Shown here: piece after piece, positions 18,377-28,108 of the stretch
Position numbering within the stretch: the stretch's first letter is position 1
Layout: every line of letters begins with the position of its first letter
From: an uncultured Gammaproteobacteria bacterium
GTDB taxonomy: Bacteria > Patescibacteriota > Microgenomatia > UBA12405
Assembly (NCBI GenBank): GCA_964448705.1
Contig: CAYUZS010000002.1
Span: 49,577-113,576, forward strand
Direction of reading: 5' to 3'
Length of the DNA: 64,000 bases
Notes under the pieces: model-generated
What the model was told of the DNA's origin: nothing
Databases searched by the model: none
Seen by the model: only the letters and a program-made list of their open reading frames with translations
Position numbers and translations under genes: made by a program

Positions 18377-19478
18377 GAAGAATTTGTTGATAATAGTTGA
18401 GAGTTTCTGTGGCTGTTTTATTCCACGAGAATTTTTTAACCTGATTTTGACCGCTGGTAATTAATAATTTCCGGAGAGGCGGGTTTTGATAGAGCTTTCT
18501 GATTTGTTTAACTAAATCCTGTGGATCTTTGGGATTAAAGTATAAAACTGAATTTTCATAGATTTCGGGTAGGCAGCTGCTGTCCGAAGAAATTACAGGA
18601 CAATTGAGAGCCATGGCTTCCAAACCGGTAAGGCTGAAACCTTCAAGAAACGAGGGGTGAACTAAGGCCAGAGCCGAGGAATATATTTTGGCAAATTCGG
18701 TGTCGGGAACAAAGCCCAGGAATTCGACTCTTTTTTGCAGATGATAATCGCTAATCATTTTTTCGATCCGATCGGCAAAGACACTCCGGGCGCAAATAAT
18801 TTTTAAAGAAATTTCGGGAATAAAACGTAAAGCTTCCAAAATGACAGAAATATTTTTATGCGGATAAAGGTTACCGGTGTAGACAATATAAGGTTTTGCG
18901 GGGGAAATTTTAGTTTTTGGTGAAGACAGAAAATGAGGATCAACTGCTTCGTAGGTGGTGATTATTTTTTGCGGCGAAAAATGATAGTGGTTGATAATGT
19001 AATTCCGCCAAAAGTTGCTGGGGACAATCAGATAACTGGTTTTAAAAATGCGTTGAGTCATCAACAGATAGCCTAAATATTTTAGCCAATAGAAAAGATG
19101 GTTTTTGGTAGTGGTGGCACTGCCTTTAGAAAAATGACGGATCAAATCATGAACGGTGACGACTGATAAACCGGAATAAAAAAGAGGTTTATCGAGGTGG
19201 GTGAAGTGAACCAAATCCGGATTAAGAGAACGAAGGAGTCGGGGAAGAAATATCTGTTCCTGGAGAGTGTAATGACGAATATCGGTAGAGATGTAAGTAA
19301 ATTTTTTACCAAGATCCTTTTTGATTTCCGGCAGAATTTCGGGATAGACAAGAAGAGTGAATTTGTATTCGGAAAAATCGGGAAGTTTAGCAATAGAGAC
19401 TAAAAGATTTTTGGTGTAGCGGCCAAGACCGGTGTGTTTGGGGCCGTAAAGCCGGGCATCGATGACGATATGTTTCAT
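18369..19478 (-). CDS. GT4 glycosyltransferase (MtfB-like)
   Basis: IDAR..TGLGRY, HKN, PSFLEGFSLTGLEAMA. Confidence 0.88.
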   Translation of the reverse strand: MKHIVIDARLYGPKHTGLGRYTKNLLVSIAKLPDFSEYKFTLLVYPEILPEIKKDLGKKFTYISTDIRHYTLQEQIFLPRLLRSLNPDLVHFTHLDKPLFYSGLSVVTVHDLIRHFSKGSATTTKNHLFYWLKYLGYLLMTQRIFKTSYLIVPSNFWRNYIINHYHFSPQKIITTYEAVDPHFLSSPKTKISPAKPYIVYTGNLYPHKNISVILEALRFIPEISLKIICARSVFADRIEKMISDYHLQKRVEFLGFVPDTEFAKIYSSALALVHPSFLEGFSLTGLEAMALNCPVISSDSSCLPEIYENSVLYFNPKDPQDLVKQIRKLYQNPPLRKLLITSGQNQVKKFSWNKTATETLNYYQQILHA

Positions 19479-20416
19479 AAATATTTAGCTTTTAGATAAC
19501 GATAGAGGTCGAGAAGATCAATCCCCCGCCAGACAAACCAACGGAGGAATTGAGGATAGTTTTGAATCAAATTTTCGCGATAAAAAATTCTCATAGCCTC
19601 GGTTGTGGCTTTGGCGGAACGTATTTTTGTTTCCCGACTGGCCTGGCTTTTTACTTTTTTAATTCCGGATGAAATACCCTGAAAATGGGTAATTTTGAAA
19701 TAGGGAATGAAATAAAGTTTAAAATTATGTTGACGAAGCTGGTAGCAAAGATCAAGATCTTCACCATACATAAAATATTTTTCATTCCACCAACCAACAG
19801 TATCGCCGACAGACCGTTTCATCATTAAAAAGGCACCGACACAAGAATCGATGAGTTGAGGTTTGGTGTAATCGAGGTGGCCAAGAAAATAGCCGTTAAA
19901 AATTTTTGACTTGGGAAAAAGTTTGGGGATACCAAAACCAAAAAAATGCCAAAAAGTATTCCATGGATTAGGGAAACCACGGTGACATTCCGATTGAAGT
20001 TGCCCGGTGAGAGCCAGAGTGACGTAACAAGTGGCGGCATCGACCTGGGGGTGATCGTTAAAATAATCAATCATGCCGTCGAGGGTATCGGGATTGACGG
20101 TGGTATCGGGATTTAAAAAAAGGACATATTTAGAGAGTGGTGAAATTTTTTTCAGACCACGATTATTGCCGGCAGAAAATCCCAAATTTTCTTTAAGCTC
20201 CAAAAAAGTCAGAGAGATTTTGGATGAAGGATAAACCACTTTTTTGGCATCCGAGATACTGTTATCAGAGGAGGCATTATCGACAACAACGACATCCAGA
20301 GAATGGCGGAGTGATGATGAAGCAATGGACTGCAAACACTCCGTCAAAAAACTGCCGGCATTATAGTTGAGAATAACTATACTAAGAGAAGGTTTATTTT
20401 TTGGTGATGGCTTCAT
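19475..20416 (-). CDS. GT2 glycosyltransferase (WbbL-like)
   Basis: SIVILNYN, VVDNASSD, NLGFSAGNN, LNPD, YFMYGEDLDLC. Start reassigned to ATG 20416. Confidence 0.88.
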   Translation of the reverse strand: MKPSPKNKPSLSIVILNYNAGSFLTECLQSIASSSLRHSLDVVVVDNASSDNSISDAKKVVYPSSKISLTFLELKENLGFSAGNNRGLKKISPLSKYVLFLNPDTTVNPDTLDGMIDYFNDHPQVDAATCYVTLALTGQLQSECHRGFPNPWNTFWHFFGFGIPKLFPKSKIFNGYFLGHLDYTKPQLIDSCVGAFLMMKRSVGDTVGWWNEKYFMYGEDLDLCYQLRQHNFKLYFIPYFKITHFQGISSGIKKVKSQASRETKIRSAKATTEAMRIFYRENLIQNYPQFLRWFVWRGIDLLDLYRYLKAKYL

Positions 20417-21605
20417 AAATTTGATTAAGTTTTTGGACACTACTTTCAAAAGAATAATTACTTTGAATTAATTTTCGGGCAGCATCCCCCATCTGACGGC
20501 GGTATTTGGTGTCATCAAAAAGACGATAAACATTTTTTAGGATTTCTTTTTTGGGACAGACAATGGCATGATAATAATTTTTTATTTTAATATTACCCAT
20601 TCCCCCTTCCGGATTGGTGATTACCGGGAGACCGAAAGTCATGCCTTCAAGAAATTTATTACGGGTTCCTCCGCCGCTGCCCATGGGAGCCAGAAGCAGC
20701 CAGCTGTATTCGTAATAATATTGAGGATCTTTTAGACCGTCAACTTCGGCTTCGGCAACGATGATGTCCGGAGAATCATATTTACTGAAAAATTCCGGAG
20801 CATTACGGCCAATAATGTAAAGTTTGGCCGTGGGATAACGTTTTTTAATAGAAGGCCAATAATCAGAAATAATCATTTCCACCGATTCCCGATTCTGCAT
20901 CCATTTCATATTCGAAGCACCGAAAAGAACGGAAGGGAAAGGAGATTTTTTGGTTTTTTGAGGCAAACTGAAATATTCCGGATCAACGGCATCATCAAAG
21001 ACTTGGATATCATGACGACCGGTGACTTTGGTAACAAAATCTTTGTCGTCATGGCTAAACATAATAACGGTATGAGTATTTTTCCAATAACGGGTTTCCC
21101 AATATTTAAGTTTAAGAACATCCAAGGCTAAGAAAGGAGCAATTATTTTTTTCCAACCGCTTAAACCTTCAACATAATGCTGGTAGATGGCATATTCTAT
21201 GGTGACATCGACCATTATTAATGGGATATCAGTTTTAGGAATGTTGGGCATGGGGTAGAGACAGTCGCAGTGAATCAAATCGTATTTGCCGGTGGCCAAT
21301 TCAGAAGAAATGGCGGCTTTAAATTCGTCATTAATGTAATTGACAAGCAAAAAGGGATAAAAACTAAAACCGGCAGATAAAATATTTTTTAAACTCCAGG
21401 TTGAACCCCGTTTAACCAAGATTACTTTTTGACAGTATTTAGTGAGATCTTTTAGGCCTTCGTCATTACGGCTATAACAAATAAGAGTAATATCGTTGGT
21501 CTTGGAGAGATATTTAAGAGTGAAAAAAGAATGTCTTTGACCGCCGGACTGATGGAGCCGGGGGATGTAAGGGGTGATCATGAGGATTTTTCTTTTTTTT
21601 GTCAT
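20394..21605 (-). CDS. GT4 glycosyltransferase
   Basis: KILMITPY..SGGQRH and APMGSGGGTRNKFLEGMTFGLPVIT. Confidence 0.85.
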   Translation of the reverse strand: MTKKRKILMITPYIPRLHQSGGQRHSFFTLKYLSKTNDITLICYSRNDEGLKDLTKYCQKVILVKRGSTWSLKNILSAGFSFYPFLLVNYINDEFKAAISSELATGKYDLIHCDCLYPMPNIPKTDIPLIMVDVTIEYAIYQHYVEGLSGWKKIIAPFLALDVLKLKYWETRYWKNTHTVIMFSHDDKDFVTKVTGRHDIQVFDDAVDPEYFSLPQKTKKSPFPSVLFGASNMKWMQNRESVEMIISDYWPSIKKRYPTAKLYIIGRNAPEFFSKYDSPDIIVAEAEVDGLKDPQYYYEYSWLLLAPMGSGGGTRNKFLEGMTFGLPVITNPEGGMGNIKIKNYYHAIVCPKKEILKNVYRLFDDTKYRRQMGDAARKLIQSNYSFESSVQKLNQIYEAITKK

Positions 21606-23047
21606 GGGGAAATTTTTAGAATAATAAAATCGTTATTTTTATAAACAGTAGGATACTTGGCCATCAATGAGTTAGTATAGTGGTCATAGTTAACTGAAAC
21701 AAGATAAATCTGGCGATTGGGAAACATGGCAATTTTTTCATCGAGATCATAGATTTCTACCGGCCAACCACTGAATCCGGTTTGATAGAGAAATGCGGTA
21801 TCACCGGTATAGGGAGCGATAATAAAACTATCTGAAGGCAGCAATTCTTGGGCTTTTTGACCGGCGGCAACAATTTGAGGATGATCGATTTGATAGTAAG
21901 TTTTGATTTTATCCCAAGAAAAATAGGTGGAAAAACTAAAGATTACGAGCATTAAAATGGCAGATAAAAATTTTGAACTGAAAAGAAATCGGTTAAGATA
22001 GTAGTAGCCAAAACCAGAGAGAATGGAAATTGAGGGAATAATTAAAACCTGATAATAATCGTGCTGAATGTTGCCCTGAGCCACTATTACGAAATAAAGG
22101 AAAACTCCAGCCAGGAGTGAAAAAGAAAAAGCTTGGGTTTTGTTTTTTTTGTATGCCAATCCCAAAAACAGAGGAATTAAGCCGAAAGCTCCGGTAATTA
22201 AATTTCCGATGCGGTCGAAAAAAAGCCAACGCCACCAATGCGGACGGAATGCGATGAGCTGATTAAGAAATGAAAGATTGTAGCCGTGATACCAAACAGG
22301 AAAAGTGGAAGTGACGCCGTTATTAAAAAGCCAATCGCTGCTGGGGATGCCGGCAGAAAATTGTTTTATCCAAAATCTCCAAGCCAAAAAAGGAGCCATA
22401 GAAATCAGAAAAAAAGGCAACAGAGAAAATAAATATTTCCGTTGACGGGAAATTAGTAACAGTGAGGGAAAAATAATAATGGCGGTGTATGGTTTAAGAA
22501 GTATGGCTATCGCCATGGCCGGGGCAGCAAAATAGGGATTAATCTGAAACAAATATAAAGTTAAAGTCATAAAGAAAACTGCAGCCGGTTCCGGTAAAAT
22601 GGTTCGGGAATAAAAAATATTAAAAGGCAGAAAGAGAAAAACACTCATGGCGAAAAAGGCTGGCCAAAATTGAGAAGTGTAGCGATAACAAATCAAAAAA
22701 ATAAGAAAAGCGGAACCAAGAGAGAAGAAAATAGAAATTAGGCGTGAGGAAACTTCCAGACCGGGATGAAAAAGATTCTGATAACCGGCTGAGAGAGCAT
22801 TATAGAGAGGAAATTCGACCATACGCCAACCCTGAGGATTTTCCTGTCCGGATTGGACATTGGAGAGGTCGTGATATTGGGGATGAAGCCAATCGATACC
22901 ATTCTGTAAATAAATTCGGGAAACAGAAGCTGTGTCTGCTTGGCGGTGAGAATGCCAGTCGGCAATAGGAGCATTTAGGCGGTAGGTACGAAGAAAAAAG
23001 CCGACGATTAAAGCCAGAACTATAAAAATTTTTCGAACAGGTGACAT
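21602..23047 (-). CDS. ArnT/PMT-like (GT-C) membrane glycosyltransferase
   Basis: DWHSHRQADTA, EFPLY, SRLIS, YSRTILPE, LLKP; many TM segments. Confidence 0.8.
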   Translation of the reverse strand: MSPVRKIFIVLALIVGFFLRTYRLNAPIADWHSHRQADTASVSRIYLQNGIDWLHPQYHDLSNVQSGQENPQGWRMVEFPLYNALSAGYQNLFHPGLEVSSRLISIFFSLGSAFLIFLICYRYTSQFWPAFFAMSVFLFLPFNIFYSRTILPEPAAVFFMTLTLYLFQINPYFAAPAMAIAILLKPYTAIIIFPSLLLISRQRKYLFSLLPFFLISMAPFLAWRFWIKQFSAGIPSSDWLFNNGVTSTFPVWYHGYNLSFLNQLIAFRPHWWRWLFFDRIGNLITGAFGLIPLFLGLAYKKNKTQAFSFSLLAGVFLYFVIVAQGNIQHDYYQVLIIPSISILSGFGYYYLNRFLFSSKFLSAILMLVIFSFSTYFSWDKIKTYYQIDHPQIVAAGQKAQELLPSDSFIIAPYTGDTAFLYQTGFSGWPVEIYDLDEKIAMFPNRQIYLVSVNYDHYTNSLMAKYPTVYKNNDFIILKISP

Positions 23048-24444
23048 TATGAACGAAGATGAAGAGACTGATAATAGAGTCCCATCATTATCCAGAACAA
23101 ATAAGCGGTTTTTGAAGCCTCAAAACTGTCGATTAAAGTGGCATTGGCTAAAAAGGTTATTAAGGCACCAAAAAATATTAAAGGAACCGGAGAAGAATTT
23201 TTGGAAAAAATCAAAGGAATAGTACGAACCACAAAATATAAAATAATGGATCCGAAAGTAAGGAAACCTAATATTCCGCTTTCGCCTAGAGTACGGAGAT
23301 AATCGTTGTCCGTGGCTAAAGTTATAGAACCTAAACCGGTACCGACAAAAGGATTTTTCTTAAAGGCATTAACCGCTCTGGGCCATTCGACATTAAAACG
23401 AATTTCACCGGATCTGGCAACTCCGACATCGGTATCAACAGGAATATATTCTATAACCGGCGGATGACGGAAGACGGTGGGGATGGGGGTGGAGAGAGGA
23501 GAAACTACACCCGGAGTGGTGACAACAGCGACCGGAGATGAAGCTGTAGTGGGAGTGGGGGCAACAGTAGGAACTAAATTAACAGAACTGCCGGTGATTT
23601 GGTTTCTTAAAGCGGGTATGGTGGCCAGTAAACGCTGATTTAGATCTTTGGAATTGAAGAGACTGTAAGTGAAAATTAAAGTTACGGGAATAATCCATAA
23701 ATAACGACGGAGAACGATGATGGTGAGACACATACCGCCAAAAAAAGCGAAGTTTGAAACCCTGGAAGCGGTTAGGGTTAACATATAAAAAGAAATCAGC
23801 CAGATGATGATGTTAAAAATTTTGAGCCAGATATTTTTTTGAATAATTATCATTCCACCAAAAATTACCAGAATAATACTAAGATAAACAGCTAAATCAT
23901 AATGGCCGGCAAAAGTTGAACTGATACGGGTCCAAGTGTCCATCTGCAACAACTGGCCTTTGGAAAATTCTTCGTTCATGGTGGAAATTACCGGAAAATG
24001 AAGAAATTTTTGTCCAAGACCATAGATAATTACGCCAATGTTGGCTAGTGTCAGAAAGAAATAGGGAAAATGAAAATCAGATCTTTTAGTGATGGTAGTG
24101 ACAGTGATAAAAAACAAAGACATATATTCAAAACGGCGAAAATAGTTGAGGAGGAGAACATGACGGGAGTCGGTTTGAAAAATTAGAACAGCAGTAACCA
24201 GACTGGCGGTTATGGCTGCAAAATAGGCAAAAAATAACCAAGTAATTTTTACTTTAAAAATAGGAAAACGATGAGTAATCTGGTAAATTATCCATGCGAT
24301 AACAGCCAAGGCAACGACGATATCATCCAAACGAATGGCGACATAAGTACCGGAGACATTAGCTAAGGGAAATTTTGGATAGAGAGGAATAAATAGAATA
24401 AGAACAGCCAGAATTGATTTTAAGAGAGAAGATTTTTTAAGCAT
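23047..24444 (-). CDS. O-antigen ligase/oligosaccharyltransferase-like (Wzy_C) membrane protein
   Basis: RISSTFAG, LTASR, NPFVGTGLG, DNDYLRTLGESGILG; contains a Pro/Thr-rich insert. Confidence 0.78.
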   Translation of the reverse strand: MLKKSSLLKSILAVLILFIPLYPKFPLANVSGTYVAIRLDDIVVALAVIAWIIYQITHRFPIFKVKITWLFFAYFAAITASLVTAVLIFQTDSRHVLLLNYFRRFEYMSLFFITVTTITKRSDFHFPYFFLTLANIGVIIYGLGQKFLHFPVISTMNEEFSKGQLLQMDTWTRISSTFAGHYDLAVYLSIILVIFGGMIIIQKNIWLKIFNIIIWLISFYMLTLTASRVSNFAFFGGMCLTIIVLRRYLWIIPVTLIFTYSLFNSKDLNQRLLATIPALRNQITGSSVNLVPTVAPTPTTASSPVAVVTTPGVVSPLSTPIPTVFRHPPVIEYIPVDTDVGVARSGEIRFNVEWPRAVNAFKKNPFVGTGLGSITLATDNDYLRTLGESGILGFLTFGSIILYFVVRTIPLIFSKNSSPVPLIFFGALITFLANATLIDSFEASKTAYLFWIMMGLYYQSLHLRS

Positions 24445-25360
24445 GGGAAAATAGTTTATAGATAGTAGAGTGAAGTAGACGGTTGATATTAATTAGGATA
24501 GCAACTATTTGTTTTTTTGGCGAACCGTAATGTTTTTCAAAAAAATGAAATATACCCTGATGTTCCAGTTGATAAATTGACTGCCGATTTTTAGCGGAAG
24601 AACCTCCGAGATGAATAATTTGAGGGCCGACTAGGTACCACAACTGAGATTTCGGGAAACGTCGATGAATCCGAAAACATAATTCCAATTCTTCACCATA
24701 CATAAAATAGTTTTCATCAAATCCCCCAACCTCTTCAAAAAAATTCTTTCGGATCATCATGAAAGCTCCAGTTATCCAGTCCTGAGGATGATCGTGAAGA
24801 TAGTAGCGGTCGTGAGTATAGAATTGCGGAGAATGGGGATGAATAGGTTTGATAAGATGGTTAACCAGAGGCAAATCATCAAGTCCGAGACACCAGGCAG
24901 CAGTGTTTAAAAGATTAGGAAAATAACCGCCGCTGGGTTGAATGGTTTTATCCTGATTTAATAACTGAGCTGTACAGGCGTAACTTTCAGGATGAGAAGA
25001 TAACCAATCCAAAGTTTGGCTGATGGCGGAATGAAGAATAATAGTATCGGAGTTTAGAAGTAAAAGATAATTTCCTTTGGCGGCTTTGGCACCCTGATTA
25101 TTAGCTTTTCCAAAACCATAGTTTTGGTGATTTTCAATTATTTTGAGAGGTTGTTTAAGTTTTTTTAACTGAGAAACAGTTTGGTCCGAAGAATTATTAT
25201 CAACAATAATTATTTCGGCCGGAATTTTAGAAGAAGAATCGGTGCTGCTTAGATTAAAATCAAGATTTTTATCGGCAAAGATCGATTTTAAACAATCAAG
25301 AACAAGCTGACTGGTGTTATAGCTGACAATGATTATGGAAAGAACAGGAAGATTAACCAT
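24437..25360 (-). CDS. GT2 glycosyltransferase
   Basis: SIIIVSYN, VDNNSSD, GFGKANN, LLNSD, FDENYFMYGEE. Confidence 0.88.
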   Translation of the reverse strand: MVNLPVLSIIIVSYNTSQLVLDCLKSIFADKNLDFNLSSTDSSSKIPAEIIIVDNNSSDQTVSQLKKLKQPLKIIENHQNYGFGKANNQGAKAAKGNYLLLLNSDTIILHSAISQTLDWLSSHPESYACTAQLLNQDKTIQPSGGYFPNLLNTAAWCLGLDDLPLVNHLIKPIHPHSPQFYTHDRYYLHDHPQDWITGAFMMIRKNFFEEVGGFDENYFMYGEELELCFRIHRRFPKSQLWYLVGPQIIHLGGSSAKNRQSIYQLEHQGIFHFFEKHYGSPKKQIVAILININRLLHSTIYKLFSHA

Positions 25361-25898
25361 TTTTGGTAAAGAAGACTTTTTTAATGGCTATAAAGGCGAA
25401 AAGATAGGCAGCTTCGATAGTGAAAAAAGTAATAAGCCTGGCAGCAACGGTGGTGGGGAAAACTTTTATGGTAACTTTTGAAAAATATTCCTGGTCGTGA
25501 TAGATCAGTTTGTTAACCACTTTTTTTTCTTCTTTTGTAAAAGGATCATTTTGCCATTCAAAGCCGTTGATAAAAACAGATTCTTCCAGAGGCAAAATAT
25601 ATTCTTCCAAATAATTACTTTGCATGGTGTCGACAATCACATCACGGGATCTTTCCGGAGGATGGTTAAGTTTTATCCGAAAAAGACCATTGAAATTGGC
25701 TTTATAAAATGTGGTGACTTCGGAACGGCTGAGATTAGTAAAATAGGCGGAAACATTTTTTAACTGAGTAGTGTCGCCGGGGAGATCAGATTTTACGGAA
25801 TCGGTTAAGTCCGGAAGTTTGGGAAGCGGGGCGAGTAGATAAGCAACTGCCAGCAAATTAAAAACAACGAAAATAGTAAGTAGAATTTTTTTGATCAC
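25353..25898 (-). CDS. Hypothetical protein with N- and C-terminal TM segments
   Basis: Overlaps both neighbours in the operon; hydrophobic ends. Confidence 0.6.
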   Translation of the reverse strand: MIKKILLTIFVVFNLLAVAYLLAPLPKLPDLTDSVKSDLPGDTTQLKNVSAYFTNLSRSEVTTFYKANFNGLFRIKLNHPPERSRDVIVDTMQSNYLEEYILPLEESVFINGFEWQNDPFTKEEKKVVNKLIYHDQEYFSKVTIKVFPTTVAARLITFFTIEAAYLFAFIAIKKVFFTKNG

Positions 25899-26485
25899 TG
25901 AAAAAGCATGGCTCTGCCGAGTCGGTAGTGAAGATCCTGCGGGCGATCGTTTATTTTTTTAGCAGGAACTCCTCCCCAAATTTCATATTCAGGAATATCT
26001 TTGGTGACAACAGCCCCGGCGGCAACGACTGCACCTTTGCCGATGGTGATGTTGGGAAGAATAATGACTCTGGGTCCAATAAAGACATAATCATTAATTG
26101 TTACCGGTCCGAATGAATTGCCATAATCCGGAGAATTAATATCGTGTTCATCGTTGTAGATCATGACATCGGTGGCGATACCAACATGACTGCCGATGGT
26201 TAATGGGGCGCGGCCGTCGAGGAAACAATTGCCGCCGACAATAGTGTCTTGACCAATGGTGACACCATTGGGATTAAAAAAATTGGCTCCCATATGAATA
26301 GTAGAGTTGAAAGGCATTTTGACACCAGATAGAAGATAAAAAAGTTTTCGTATGGTGTGTATCGGGATAAAACCGACAATCCGGAGTATTAAGAGCCAGA
26401 ACTCCAAAAAAATAGTTTTGAGACGATTAATAGCTTTGGCAAAGAAGTTTTTGGAGTTTAGTTTTTGACCAACTGTTTCATGCAT
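25895..26485 (-). CDS. Hexapeptide-repeat O-acyltransferase
   Basis: VTINDYVFIGPRVIILPNITIGKGAVVAAGAVVTKD..GGVPAK. ATG 26485 lies 6 nt after TATAAT. Confidence 0.88.
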   Translation of the reverse strand: MHETVGQKLNSKNFFAKAINRLKTIFLEFWLLILRIVGFIPIHTIRKLFYLLSGVKMPFNSTIHMGANFFNPNGVTIGQDTIVGGNCFLDGRAPLTIGSHVGIATDVMIYNDEHDINSPDYGNSFGPVTINDYVFIGPRVIILPNITIGKGAVVAAGAVVTKDIPEYEIWGGVPAKKINDRPQDLHYRLGRAMLFQ

Positions 26486-26556
26486 AGTTTGATTATACAA
26501 AATAGAGATCAATAAAAATAATTTGAATATTATAAGATAGCCTGTTAAAATGAGGT

Positions 26557-26838
26557 ATGAGCGAAAGAGAGATTATGATTGAAGAGAGAGATGAAATTAT
26601 GGCAGTAATCGGATGTTTGCCGGTGGGATTACGGAAGGCTAATATGTTTTTTGGAATTGATGCTGAGGTAGGAGCAGTAGATGTAGATGTTGAGGTATCG
26701 ACAGACGGAACTATTGAGGAAATCATATACTGCCCTTGTTTACAGGATGGAAATATATGTCGATCCTGTGTTGAAGTTCAAGGTTTTTCTTGGACATGTA
26801 AACCAAGACTAATCGAACCAGAAGAAAACACTCTTTAA
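26557..26838 (+). CDS. Small acidic Cys-rich hypothetical protein
   Basis: 93 aa with CPC...CRSC...C. Own promoter TTGAAT-17-TAAAAT 5 nt before the ATG. Confidence 0.55.
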   Translation: MSEREIMIEERDEIMAVIGCLPVGLRKANMFFGIDAEVGAVDVDVEVSTDGTIEEIIYCPCLQDGNICRSCVEVQGFSWTCKPRLIEPEENTL

Positions 26839-28016
26839 ACTTTCTTAAAGACATTGATAAGCGAGCGGGCGGAATTTTCCCAACTAAATTTTAGACTTTT
26901 TGCAAATCCTTTTTCAATCATTTTTCTTTTAAGCCGGGGAGATTGGATATTGATCATGGCCTGTTCAAGAGAAGAGATGTCGTGAGGATTAATAAATAGT
27001 GCAGAACTGCCTAAAATTTCTTTGAATGCGGGAATATCCGAAGCGATAACCGGACATTTAGAGATTTGACTTTCGACAGCAGGAATTCCAAAACCTTCGT
27101 AAAGACTGGGTAGAATGGTGGCTTGTGCCTGCCGATATAAAATCCATTTTTCAGTTTCACTAATATAATCGGTAAAAATAACTGAATTTTCTAAGTTAAA
27201 TTTTTGAACCGTCTGAAAAATGGTATTGAATAACCAACCTTTTTTGCCGGCAATAACGAGTTGGTGCTTTAGAACTTTAGAACTATAGTCCTTTAGAACT
27301 TTAGAACTATGGTCTTTTAGAACTTTAGAACTATAGAGCTTTAGAGCTTTAGGAGTTGGTGAGGAGTTAAGAAAGCGGGAAAAAGTTTCGATTAAAAAGG
27401 GAATATTTTTACTGGGTTTAAGAGTGCCTAAATATAGAAAATAAGGTTTGCGGATGGAAAATTTGTTCAGAACATCCTGGGGATTGGTTAGTATTTGGCG
27501 GGGAGGAGTGACACCGTTGTAGGCGATTGAAATTTTGTTCTTATCGATGTTGTATATCCGATTAATTTCATTTTTGGTAAATTCGGAAACGGCAATAATA
27601 TGTTTTGCCTGACGAAGGGAATGTTTAGTCCAGCTTGTAAGCTGGTATAGATCTTTTTTGGTAAACTGATCACCGGTAGAAAGATAACCGAGATCATGAA
27701 TGGTGGGGATAGTGGGAAAAGGACAAAAATGAGGAGAATAATGGCTGGGAGAATAAAATAAATCGAGTTTTATTTTGTCAGTATAGAGATGAAAAGGAAG
27801 AGCAAATTTGGTCCAAAGTTTTTCCGGTCCGAAGACATGATAGTGCCAATTAGCGGATTCGGGGGGCATATCCGGTAGGGGCTGGTTTTTTAAATACAGA
27901 TGATAAGTATTTTTTTGGTCGAGTAAAGAAAGTTGTTTAATAACGTTGTAGGCATATTGTCCAACTCCAACTCTCTGAGCTAAATTGGCTTCATTTCCAT
28001 CAATTCCAATAATCAT
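26835..28016 (-). CDS. GT4 glycosyltransferase with in-frame repeat insertion
   Basis: IGIDGNEAN..GVGQY, LGTLKPSKN, PSLYEGFGIPAVE; contains repeated SSKVLK units. Confidence 0.88.
   Translation of the reverse strand: MIIGIDGNEANLAQRVGVGQYAYNVIKQLSLLDQKNTYHLYLKNQPLPDMPPESANWHYHVFGPEKLWTKFALPFHLYTDKIKLDLFYSPSHYSPHFCPFPTIPTIHDLGYLSTGDQFTKKDLYQLTSWTKHSLRQAKHIIAVSEFTKNEINRIYNIDKNKISIAYNGVTPPRQILTNPQDVLNKFSIRKPYFLYLGTLKPSKNIPFLIETFSRFLNSSPTPKALKLYSSKVLKDHSSKVLKDYSSKVLKHQLVIAGKKGWLFNTIFQTVQKFNLENSVIFTDYISETEKWILYRQAQATILPSLYEGFGIPAVESQISKCPVIASDIPAFKEILGSSALFINPHDISSLEQAMINIQSPRLKRKMIEKGFAKSLKFSWENSARSLINVFKKV
27267..27354. repeat. Tandem 8-bp repeat tract (CTWTAGAR-like), 11 units, inside a GT4 gene
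   Basis: ctttagaa ctttagaa ctatagtc ctttagaa ctttagaa ctatggtc ttttagaa ctttagaa ctatagag ctttagag ctttagga. Confidence 0.9.
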
Positions 28017-28020
28017 AGTT

Positions 28021-28108
28021 ATTTAGTACTCTAGTACTATAGAGCTTTAGAACTATAGAACTTCATTAATTTATAACTTTAGAACTATAGAGCTTTAGTT
28101 CTTTAGTA
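28021..28108. repeat. Tandem 8-bp repeat tract of the same family, mostly intergenic
   Basis: atttagta ctctagta ctatagag ctttagaa ctatagaa cttcatta atttataa ctttagaa ctatagag ctttagtt ctttagta. Confidence 0.85.

Noticed and set aside
27267-28108. Repeat tracts as a CRISPR array
   Set aside because: Units are 8 bp and contiguous, with no unique spacers and no cas genes in the window.
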